DNA of 42,673 nucleotides from Candidatus Iainarchaeum sp. (GCA_038886995.1 JAWALG010000005.1:1-42673), one strand, 5' to 3'; positions 18,837 to 27,030 are shown, counted from the stretch's first letter. Notes: generated by a model from the sequence alone, not told the origin. Numbers and translations: made by a program.

Positions 18837-19413
18837 AAATTATTTATGTGAGAAGAACATACGCGCTATTGGCATAGACGATGGCTTTTTCAAACCAAGG
18901 CAAAGTGGAAACACAAAAATTGTTGCAGTTCTAATGCGTGCAGATTCGCGAATAGAAGGAATTCTTTTTTCAGATGTAACTGTTGATGGTCTTGATTCAA
19001 CGCAAAGAATTATTGAAATGTTGTGCAGTAACAGGCCCAAGTTCATAGGCCAAGCAAAAGCAATCTTCCTTAGCGGAGTAAACTTTGCCGGCTTCAACAT
19101 AGTTGACATAGATGGGCTTTATTCAGTGCTCAAGACACCAATAATAGTGGTTTTCAGGAAGAAGCCGAGGATGCAAAAGATAAGAGAGGCACTTAAATGC
19201 TTCACGGATTCCAGTAAAAGAATGGGGCTAATAAAAAAAGCTGGTAGGATCTACCGTACTGATAAGATATTTTTCCAGTGTAAGGGAATAAAGCCAAAAC
19301 ATGCAAAAGCATTTATAAAAATTTTTTCTTTGCATTCAAACCTTCCCGAACCGGTTAGGGTTGCGCACCTCATAGCAAGTGCATCAACCTTGGGCAGAAG
19401 CACTTCACCTTAA
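18799..19413 (+). CDS. DUF99 family (endonuclease V-like) protein; start codon uncertain
   Basis: IGIDDG, VDGLDST, FAGFNIVD and PEPVRVAHLIAS motifs; conserved position after rpoL. Confidence 0.88.
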   Translation: MILQRSLKKPLNKNYLCEKNIRAIGIDDGFFKPRQSGNTKIVAVLMRADSRIEGILFSDVTVDGLDSTQRIIEMLCSNRPKFIGQAKAIFLSGVNFAGFNIVDIDGLYSVLKTPIIVVFRKKPRMQKIREALKCFTDSSKRMGLIKKAGRIYRTDKIFFQCKGIKPKHAKAFIKIFSLHSNLPEPVRVAHLIASASTLGRSTSP

Positions 19414-19447
19414 ATTTTTGATGTTTTAATTATTTTGCTGTGGTCGC

Positions 19448-20317
19448 ATGTCTTCCAGGGAAAAACTCAGGCCGGGAAAGAAATTGAAAAAAGAGAAGAG
19501 TAAAACACGGGCCTTTCTCGAAAGAATTGCTAGTCAGCTTAGGTGGCTTGATCCATTCACCTACACCGATATCTTCCTTGAGAAGATTGGTCAAAAGGAA
19601 AATAAGCTTGTGGCATGGCCTGTTGAGCTTTTTGTTGCTTTTATAACAGCGTGGTTCCTTTACCTTTTTTTTGGTTTCTTGCTTGGTACAAAAACGCCCG
19701 CAGTAGTGGTTATGAGCGGCTCAATGATACCAACATTCTACAGAGGCGATATTATGGTTTTGCAAGGCGTCTCTTATGATACATTAAAAGCACCAGAGAT
19801 TGTTATCAATGAAAATATCCGCGGAAGGCGCATGCGTGAATATGCTGTTTCATATTGCTCCATTGGTGATAATAACGAACTTTTTGAATGTTCCAAGTAC
19901 TTTTCCCAGAGATGCAAAGGCGAAATTAAAACAAGAAAAATTTGCGTTGTAAGCACAGGTGAATGCATTGAAATTAGCAAAGATGCTGACATTGTTGTCT
20001 ACTTTTCTGATACACTACAAGAGCCGATAATACATCGGGCAGTTGCTAAGATAAAGGCAAATGATGGCTTCTTTGTGCTCACGAAAGGTGACAATGTGAA
20101 TACAAACTGTTTCATTGACCAAGAAGCAGGATTAGCAAGCAGAGCAGTCCCTATAGAGGCACTTGACGGAAAAACCATTTTTATGCTGCCCTACCTCGGT
20201 TATGTAAAGCTCTTCCTTATGGATGACCTCCCTTGCATAATTAGTAACCTTATAAGGTCAGGAAGCTACACTGTATGCACTAGATATTGGCCTGATGGCC
20301 GACTTGGCTTTGGCTGA
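19448..20317 (+). CDS. Signal peptidase I (Sec11-type, S26B) with a Cys-rich insertion
   Basis: VVMSGSM.P (catalytic Ser), IIHR (His) and TKGDN motifs. Confidence 0.88.
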   Translation: MSSREKLRPGKKLKKEKSKTRAFLERIASQLRWLDPFTYTDIFLEKIGQKENKLVAWPVELFVAFITAWFLYLFFGFLLGTKTPAVVVMSGSMIPTFYRGDIMVLQGVSYDTLKAPEIVINENIRGRRMREYAVSYCSIGDNNELFECSKYFSQRCKGEIKTRKICVVSTGECIEISKDADIVVYFSDTLQEPIIHRAVAKIKANDGFFVLTKGDNVNTNCFIDQEAGLASRAVPIEALDGKTIFMLPYLGYVKLFLMDDLPCIISNLIRSGSYTVCTRYWPDGRLGFG

Positions 20318-20361
20318 ATCAAAATGCTACTTTTTTAAACCTAAACTCTGTATTTTTTTAC

Positions 20362-21045
20362 ATGGTTACTGCTAGTGAGCTTAAAGAGATTGGCTTTAGT
20401 GAGGAGCAAGCAAAGTCGCTTTTGGAAGACAGCTACTTTAAGAAGAATTATGGCTCCTGGGCAAAGGAGCGCCTAACAGTGAAGATAAATCTCATAATTT
20501 CATTTTATGGAATCAAAAACGCACAGAGGGTTTTTAGTGCTATCGCAAATTACCCAAAATTTCTTGACTGCAACCATGAGAAAGCAATTCTTAAACTTAG
20601 TGAATTCCTTCCACAACTTAAAAAAAGCAAAATAGCAGAGCTTATTCTAGCAAACCCTTCTCTTGTTTCACTGGACTGCAAGAAAGCATTTGCATCAGCG
20701 ACAAAGGTTTATGGTAAGGAAAATGCCCCTGATGTTCTGATATCCCTCCTCACATTTCCCGGCTTTTCAAAGAAAAACCACAGAAAGAACCTTCAGAAGC
20801 TTCTTAAGATTTATGGCAAAGAGTACAAGCAAAGCATAATTCAAGCAATGCTTCGTGTTCCAGATTTTCCTAACTTCAACCATAAAAAGGCCCTTGAAAA
20901 TGTCTTAAGGGAAGGTAAGGCAGCAGGGCTTACTGAAAAGCAGTGCGTTGATATTCTTCTCAACATAGGCGCAAAATCTGATTTTTCAATTAAAGGTGCT
21001 GAAGAAGCAAAGGTTGCTTTTGAAAGAATTATTTCAGCGGAATAA
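20362..21045 (+). CDS. Basic alpha-helical protein with four tandem 34-aa repeats (mTERF-like)
   Basis: Repeats at aa 51-84, 85-118, 119-152 and 153-186 with invariant Pro15 and NH at 21-22 in three of four; TATA-like TTTAAAC 22 nt upstream. Confidence 0.7.
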   Translation: MVTASELKEIGFSEEQAKSLLEDSYFKKNYGSWAKERLTVKINLIISFYGIKNAQRVFSAIANYPKFLDCNHEKAILKLSEFLPQLKKSKIAELILANPSLVSLDCKKAFASATKVYGKENAPDVLISLLTFPGFSKKNHRKNLQKLLKIYGKEYKQSIIQAMLRVPDFPNFNHKKALENVLREGKAAGLTEKQCVDILLNIGAKSDFSIKGAEEAKVAFERIISAE

Positions 21046-21089
21046 AGCCCAGCAATCCCTTTTTAAAAGAATTCTTCGAACCACTTTTT

Positions 21090-21467
21090 ATGGCAGAGGA
21101 AAAGCCCTTTGAAGAGGTTGAAGAGCTTGGCACCGAGAAGCAGTTTAAGCGCGTTCCTGCAAAGGAGTGTTATTTAAATGAGATAGATGGCAATGAGCGA
21201 AGGGTTTCAGTTATTGTGAGCGTTATTTCCCTGAACCAAGAAGCAAAAAGTGCACTTGTATCAGATAGCACCGCAGAGGCAGTTGTAGTTTGTGAATATC
21301 CCGAAATTTTAAGACGCATTAGAAAGGGAGCAATAATGCGCATAATTGCAAAACCTTCAGGCAAAGCGCCGTTAACCTTAAGCGTCGAGGTAGCACAGGA
21401 ATTAAAAGATTTTGATTCTAATCTATTCAAGAAGGTCAAAGAAGAATGGGCAAAATTAAGACAATGA
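21090..21467 (+). CDS. Replication protein A small subunit (RPA14/RPA3-like single OB fold)
   Basis: R.PA....EI...RVSVI...SDST...RII...EVAQ pattern resembles Thermococcales RPA14; directly before PCNA. Confidence 0.7.
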   Translation: MAEEKPFEEVEELGTEKQFKRVPAKECYLNEIDGNERRVSVIVSVISLNQEAKSALVSDSTAEAVVVCEYPEILRRIRKGAIMRIIAKPSGKAPLTLSVEVAQELKDFDSNLFKKVKEEWAKLRQ

Positions 21468-21468
21468 G

Positions 21469-22224
21469 GTGATTTATATAAAGCTTGTCTTTGAGAATGC
21501 TAATGCATTCAGGAAGAATATTGAGGCAATAGCTGCATTGATTGATGAAGCAGAGTTTATAGTTAGTGACAGTGGGCTTGCGCTTAAGGCAACAGACCCG
21601 AGCCAGATAGCAATGGTTGACTTTGAGATGCCAAAAAGCGCATTTAAGGAATTTAATGTTGAAAAAGAGATAAAGCTCGGAGCTGATATGGACTACTTCA
21701 GGCAGATAATGTCAAGGGCAAAATCAGATGATGTAATTGTGCTCGAGATGGGCGCAGATAAAACCGTGCTCTCAATAAAGTTTCTTGGTAAATCATCAAG
21801 AAGCTTTTCAATGCCTTTAATTGATGTTTCAAAAGGGCAGGTTCCAAATCCAAAGATTGATTTTGATGCAGAGCTTTCATTGAAAGCAGCCATTATTCAG
21901 GACTCTTTAAAGGACGCCGAAATACTTTCAGCACATATTACTTTTGGGGTTAGAAATGAAACCTTCTATGTTTCCGCAAACAGCAGCAAGGGAACATTCA
22001 TAAACGAGGTTCAAAAAAAAGATGGCTCTATTAAGAAGTTTGAGGCAAGCAAGGATTGCAAGGCAATGTTTCCTCTTGACTACCTTAAGAATATGCTAAA
22101 AGTGCTATCAGGCGAAGATGAACTAAAGCTTTTCTTGAAGAGTGATGCACCACTTAAGCTCGAGTTCATGAATGAAAAGGCAAGAATCACATACTATCTT
22201 GCGCCGAGGATTGATGTTGAGTAG
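21469..22224 (+). CDS. pcn: DNA polymerase sliding clamp PCNA (copy 1)
   Basis: ALIDE, ATDPSQIAMV, MPLID, DAPL and YYLAPRI motifs; true start may be 21478. Confidence 0.95.
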   Translation: MIYIKLVFENANAFRKNIEAIAALIDEAEFIVSDSGLALKATDPSQIAMVDFEMPKSAFKEFNVEKEIKLGADMDYFRQIMSRAKSDDVIVLEMGADKTVLSIKFLGKSSRSFSMPLIDVSKGQVPNPKIDFDAELSLKAAIIQDSLKDAEILSAHITFGVRNETFYVSANSSKGTFINEVQKKDGSIKKFEASKDCKAMFPLDYLKNMLKVLSGEDELKLFLKSDAPLKLEFMNEKARITYYLAPRIDVE

Positions 22225-22231
22225 TGTGCAA

Positions 22232-23110
22232 TTAGACCGCTATAAGCGCCACACCTAAAGCAGCAAGGAAAGCCCCAAGTGCCTTTAATTTGAAGTTATC
22301 TTTGCTGAAGTCCTCTTTAAAGAAATTTGGTGATATGCTGCTCAAAGCATAGGACAATCCAAAAACTATAATTGGCTGGATGCCGCCAATAGCTCCTATG
22401 AGTGCGGCTTCTGTCATTTGCAGAGCATTCAACCTAAGAATATGTCCGCAGAAAAAGCATACTTGGCTTGCTAATGCTACAATCACAATCTTAGGTTTTT
22501 CCCTAATATTTTCCCTAAGTTTTTTTATGTAAAGTGGCGAAAATGCAGTTATTGCAGAAACAGCAATTATTATATTCCATATAAAGACGCTCCATGCATC
22601 ATAGCTTTGGAGCACCGACTTAAGCGTTATGAAGTATACCGCAAATATGAATGAGCTTACTGCAGCAACCAAAGACCATCGGTCAAATGTTAGACCGCTT
22701 TTCTTAGAAACAAGGATTGAAGCAGTGACTATGCTTAGCACGCCTAAAACCTTAATTGCGTCTGGCCTTTCGTCCAAGAATGTCATGGCCAAGATCATTA
22801 TGAATACTGGTGCTGTTTGTAGCACAACGATAACTCGAGAGGCCTCCGACTTTTGCATTATCTTGTAATAAAGAGCACCGCCTAGCATGCTTAAAAGCGT
22901 TGCAGCGAAAAGTGCCAAGAATGAGCCATTGTCTAGCATGGTGGGCGGCCAAAATGCAATCAAAATTAACAAAAATGGTGCTGTTAGTATATTGCAAGCA
23001 GCGATGCTCAAGATTGGGTTTTTCGCGTATTTGTCAACAAGTATCTTGTCAAGTATGTTTGTCCATGAGAAGAAGAATATTGCAGAAATAATGAGCAAGA
23101 ACCAAAGCAT
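22232..23110 (-). CDS. EamA/DMT family transporter
   Basis: NILDK, EASRV, PVF..ILA..FL.E and QP..V...S motifs; about 10 TM helices. Confidence 0.85.
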   Translation of the reverse strand: MLWFLLIISAIFFFSWTNILDKILVDKYAKNPILSIAACNILTAPFLLILIAFWPPTMLDNGSFLALFAATLLSMLGGALYYKIMQKSEASRVIVVLQTAPVFIMILAMTFLDERPDAIKVLGVLSIVTASILVSKKSGLTFDRWSLVAAVSSFIFAVYFITLKSVLQSYDAWSVFIWNIIIAVSAITAFSPLYIKKLRENIREKPKIVIVALASQVCFFCGHILRLNALQMTEAALIGAIGGIQPIIVFGLSYALSSISPNFFKEDFSKDNFKLKALGAFLAALGVALIAV

Positions 23111-23222
23111 TATTTTTGCTATGTTAGAAAGCTTTATATATTGTATTTTAAGCTAATGATTTTTAATGAGCAAGGAAACAATTTAAATTCTTCCCACTCT
23201 ATTTTTAATAGGCGGTGTTGGA

Positions 23223-23945
23223 ATGATACAGGTTTCGAAAATCCAGCCTTTCCAGGCGGCAATCCGTGCGGTTTCTAGCTTTATATCAGAAGCAAATTTC
23301 AGGTTTAATGAGAATGGGCTGTCCCTTAAGGCAATAGATCCAAGCCAAATAGTGCTTGTGAGCTATAATGCCCCAAAGGATTTCTTCAGCAAGTTTTCTA
23401 TCGAGCCGGCCTTAGTTGGCTTGGATTTAGAAGAGTTGAACAAGGTTGTTAAAAGAGCATCTCTAACAGACACACTTACAATAAGCATTGAAGATTCTTA
23501 CTTGAGCATTTCTGTTTCTGGAACACTAGAAAGGACTTTTAAGCTACCACTGATTGATGTGCTTGATGAAGACCCAGAGATTCCGGAAATACAGCACGAT
23601 GCAAAGGTTGAGATACAGGCACGACTTCTCCAAGAAGCGCTAAAGGATGCTGCTCTTTTTGAAAGCAGCGTTGTCTTTAGGGTTGAGAATTCGAAGCTTT
23701 TCATTGAAGCTCGCGGTTCTCATGGAATGCTTAAAACAGAAGCAAAGCACCAGGACCTAGTGAAAGTGAAATCCAAAGCAAATGTCGTTGGAAAATACTC
23801 CCTTAATTTCCTTGAAAACATAGTGCGAGAAGCAGACCCGAACGAAACTATTACGATGGAATTAAAGAATGAGACACCAATGAAAATAAGCTACAACATA
23901 GGGCCTACAAAGATTCAATTCTACTTGGCGCACATGATTCTTTAA
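23223..23945 (+). CDS. pcn: DNA polymerase sliding clamp PCNA (copy 2, divergent)
   Basis: FISE, AIDPSQIVLV, LPLID and ETPM motifs; C-terminus FYLAHMIL. Confidence 0.92.
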   Translation: MIQVSKIQPFQAAIRAVSSFISEANFRFNENGLSLKAIDPSQIVLVSYNAPKDFFSKFSIEPALVGLDLEELNKVVKRASLTDTLTISIEDSYLSISVSGTLERTFKLPLIDVLDEDPEIPEIQHDAKVEIQARLLQEALKDAALFESSVVFRVENSKLFIEARGSHGMLKTEAKHQDLVKVKSKANVVGKYSLNFLENIVREADPNETITMELKNETPMKISYNIGPTKIQFYLAHMIL

Positions 23946-23997
23946 AGGAAAAGTGCCCTGCTACTTTTTAAAACACATTTGCTCAAAAAGCTTTTTT

Positions 23998-25023
23998 ATG
24001 GTAGATTTTCCTTTGGAGGAGCTTATATTTTGTGCTCGTTATCCTTATTCCAACAGGGCAAAGAAGATAATACAAAAATTAAACCTTCCCTTAGATGAGC
24101 TTAATTCATCAACGAAAGGTCTTGCTAAATCAATGCTGAAAAATGCTTTAATGGGAAAGCCATATGATGTACCTTTTCAGGACCGAGAGTCATTAAAAAG
24201 CGCAGTTATTGCATACCAGGTTGCAAAAATAATGGTTTCACTTCTTGGGAGCCAAAAATATTATTTCTACTTTGCGAGATCTATGCAAAAAGGCACTTTA
24301 AACTTCATTGAAAAATCAAAAAAAGCAACAGGAATAAGCCCTGATTTAGAATCTCTTGCACATGATTTTGGCTTGACTTTTTCTGCAAAAGAATTTGCAG
24401 GCAAAAACTACCTTGAACTTTCTATTTTTGATTTCTTGAGCGCACCTAGCAAAGATGACTCAATCAAGCTACTAAACCAAAATGTTTCCCAAGGAAAAGT
24501 TTTGCTCGATGAGAGCCGTTTTGCGAGGTTCCTATCAGAGAAAGCAATGAATGTTGTTTTGTCATCGCTGCCTGTAAATGCTGATGGTGCGCCCAAAGGC
24601 ATAAAGGACCTAGCTTTCGAGGCACTAAATGAATCAATGCTTATCAAAAAAGAACACTCTGTAGTAGGCACAGACCTTCAGGCAATGCCACCTTGCATGG
24701 AACGCCTTTATTCTGAGCTCGTATCTGGAGGCAAGCTTTCGCATATGGAAAATTTTGCGTTAGCTGCTTTCCTAGCAGCAATAGGCCTTTCAGAGGAAAA
24801 AATTCTGCAGGCCTTTTCGCATGCGCCAAATTATGATGAAAAGATCGCAAAGTATCACATTTCAAGAATTGTCCGCGGCAAGCAAGGTAGAAGCTATGCG
24901 CCTTTGTCTTGTGCTAAGATGCAGAGCTATGGCTTTTGTATTGCTGACTGCAATGTTAAGAATCCTATAAACTATTACCGCAATGCGCTCAGGGCAAAAG
25001 GTGGTGCTGTTGGCTCTGCTTAG
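23998..25023 (+). CDS. priL: DNA primase large subunit with Fe-S domain
   Basis: ARYP, PPCM, PNYDEKIAKY and SCAKMQSYGFCIADC.VKNPI.YY motifs (four Fe-S Cys). Confidence 0.92.
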   Translation: MVDFPLEELIFCARYPYSNRAKKIIQKLNLPLDELNSSTKGLAKSMLKNALMGKPYDVPFQDRESLKSAVIAYQVAKIMVSLLGSQKYYFYFARSMQKGTLNFIEKSKKATGISPDLESLAHDFGLTFSAKEFAGKNYLELSIFDFLSAPSKDDSIKLLNQNVSQGKVLLDESRFARFLSEKAMNVVLSSLPVNADGAPKGIKDLAFEALNESMLIKKEHSVVGTDLQAMPPCMERLYSELVSGGKLSHMENFALAAFLAAIGLSEEKILQAFSHAPNYDEKIAKYHISRIVRGKQGRSYAPLSCAKMQSYGFCIADCNVKNPINYYRNALRAKGGAVGSA

Positions 25024-26254
25024 AGAGGAAGAATTTCTTAAGGAGCGCTTCAGGCGCTTTTATGCATCAAATGAAATTAAGAGCATACCTCATGTTGAGA
25101 TGCGCGAGTTTGGCATAGGTGCTTTTGGAAAGAAGATTGCAAAGAGGCACATAAGTTTCTCCTCAAATGAAGAACTTAATTTCTTCCTAAGGAGCGAGGT
25201 GCCCTTTTTCATATCATGCTCACCTGCTTACTATAAAGATCCAGCAGCAAGGCCCATGGAAAGCAAAGGCCTTATCGGCTCTGATTTAATCTACGAGTTT
25301 GATGTATCTGATGTTGACTCTGACTGCAAGCAGGACCATGATTTCTGGATGTGTGAGAATTGCGGAAAAACTTATGGGGCAGCGACTGAGAGCTGCAGCA
25401 GCTGCGGTGGAAAGCTTGCACAGTTTAAGTTTCCTTGTGAAAAGTGCATAGAGGAAACTAAAAGGCAGACCTTCCGGCTTTTGAATATTTTAAATGATGA
25501 GCTCAGCTTTGGCAGCATTTCCGTAAACTTTTCCGGCAACGCCGGCTACCATGTGCATGTTCGTGATGTCCGCATTAAAAATTTTTCACAAGATGCGCGT
25601 CTAGCGATAGTTGATTATCTTACTGGTGAGGGCTTTTCTTTTGAGAAAAGTGGCTTTAATTTTGAAAATCTGCTTTGCCCTAAAATAAATGAGGCAACAG
25701 GCCTTAGAAAAAGGGTTTTAGACAGAATGATTGGTTTTATTCTTGAGCAAAATGCTGATTGGCTTTTTCAATATGGGTGCATTTCTTTGAGCACGAGCCA
25801 AAAGCGATCTGGAAAAATGCTGGTTGGCCATATTGTTCAGAACAGAGAAAAGTTAGTATCTCAAATACAAAAGGGCTTGCTTCCTTCTTCTAAATCTGAA
25901 AGTGTTGCTGCCTCGTTTTGGAAATCTCTGGCGGAAATGGCTTTGAGAATGGAATCACTGCCTATAGACCGCCAGACATCAGCGGATATTTACAAGATTG
26001 TAAGAGTCCCAGATACACTTCATGGCTCAACTGGCTTTATTGCGAAGACAATAAGCATAGATTATTTGAGAGATTTTAACCCTTTTGACCATGCTTTGGC
26101 ATTCAGCGATGACCAAATAAAGGTTTTTATTAGTAAGGCACCAGAATTTAAAATAAAAGGGGCCAAATTTGGCCCATTTGAGAAAGAGGAAGTAGAGCTT
26201 CCGGAAAATGCAGCAGTTTACCTTATAGCAAAAGGTGTTGGAAAAATAGTTTAG
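25010..26254 (+). CDS. priS: DNA primase small (catalytic) subunit
   Basis: REFG, PAYY..P, DLIYEFD, FSGNAGYH and ID....D...VRVP.TLHG.TG motifs; TTG 25010 follows AGGTGGTG. Confidence 0.92.
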   Translation: MALLREEEFLKERFRRFYASNEIKSIPHVEMREFGIGAFGKKIAKRHISFSSNEELNFFLRSEVPFFISCSPAYYKDPAARPMESKGLIGSDLIYEFDVSDVDSDCKQDHDFWMCENCGKTYGAATESCSSCGGKLAQFKFPCEKCIEETKRQTFRLLNILNDELSFGSISVNFSGNAGYHVHVRDVRIKNFSQDARLAIVDYLTGEGFSFEKSGFNFENLLCPKINEATGLRKRVLDRMIGFILEQNADWLFQYGCISLSTSQKRSGKMLVGHIVQNREKLVSQIQKGLLPSSKSESVAASFWKSLAEMALRMESLPIDRQTSADIYKIVRVPDTLHGSTGFIAKTISIDYLRDFNPFDHALAFSDDQIKVFISKAPEFKIKGAKFGPFEKEEVELPENAAVYLIAKGVGKIV

Positions 26255-26256
26255 GG

Positions 26257-26811
26257 GTGTCTTCCATAGATTTTGATGAGCTCCGTAGGATTCACAGGCA
26301 AGAAAAGGGCAGCCAACAGCTTGCAGAGCTAGGCGAAGATTTTATGGTTGAGCTGAAAGCATACCTTGAAGAAAAAAAGGAAGAATATGTAAAGCGCCTT
26401 TCTGCTGGTGAAGCACCTAGCGAAGATTTCTTCAACATACAGCGCATGGCAAAGGAGATACTTGAGATAAGGCAGAAGAAGATAATAAAAAAGGCATTTC
26501 ATGCAGCGGTCGCAGAGGAAGATGTTGAGGATGAAAAACTAACCGAAGACGAAAAGAAGCTTTTCTGCAACATATGCAAAGTCGTTTCTGAATACCAAAA
26601 ATCAATTGAGAAAATTTTCTCCGCAGAGCAAAAAAAGAAGAAAAAGGATAGCAATTTAAATACAATTTCAGTTCAAATTATAGAGGAAGTGCCTGCTTTT
26701 GTTGGACCTAACATGAAGGAATTTGGTCCATACAAAAAAGGGCAAATCGTTGATCTTCCAGAAGACGTTGCAGATATTTTGCTTTCAAGAAAAATTGCTG
26801 TAAAGGAGTAG
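26257..26811 (+). CDS. GINS complex protein (Gins15/51 type)
   Basis: E...R..KI, LT..EK and C-terminal B domain (VPAFVG....FGP..KG.IV.LP...A..L); follows priS. Confidence 0.88.
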   Translation: MSSIDFDELRRIHRQEKGSQQLAELGEDFMVELKAYLEEKKEEYVKRLSAGEAPSEDFFNIQRMAKEILEIRQKKIIKKAFHAAVAEEDVEDEKLTEDEKKLFCNICKVVSEYQKSIEKIFSAEQKKKKKDSNLNTISVQIIEEVPAFVGPNMKEFGPYKKGQIVDLPEDVADILLSRKIAVKE

Positions 26812-26819
26812 TGGTTTTT

Positions 26820-27008
26820 ATGGCTGAATCTGTGCAAAAAAAGCATGCGCCCTTTTGGCGCATAAAGTGCAATGCTTGTGGTAACGAGCAGGTTGTTTAT
26901 TCCTGCGCAACTAGAAAGATAAAATGCAATGTGTGCAATGCAATTCTTGCAGAAAGCACTGCACACAGGATAAAGCTTACCGAAGCAAAAAAACTTAGGG
27001 AATACTAA
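26820..27008 (+). CDS. rps27e: 30S ribosomal protein S27e
   Basis: F.RIKCNACGNEQVVY...CNVC..LA zinc ribbon. Confidence 0.93.
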   Translation: MAESVQKKHAPFWRIKCNACGNEQVVYSCATRKIKCNVCNAILAESTAHRIKLTEAKKLREY

Positions 27009-27030
27009 TATAGCAAGAAGTGGTGGTTTC

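Noticed and set aside
26160-26175. Perfect 16-bp palindrome gggccaaatttggccc
   Set aside because: It is a single copy inside priS coding sequence (GAKFGP), with no regulatory or mobile-element context.
26845-26863. Hairpin atgcgcc-ctttt-ggcgcat near the 5' end of rps27e as an autoregulatory site
   Set aside because: It is only a 7-bp stem inside coding sequence and cannot be told from chance without conservation data.
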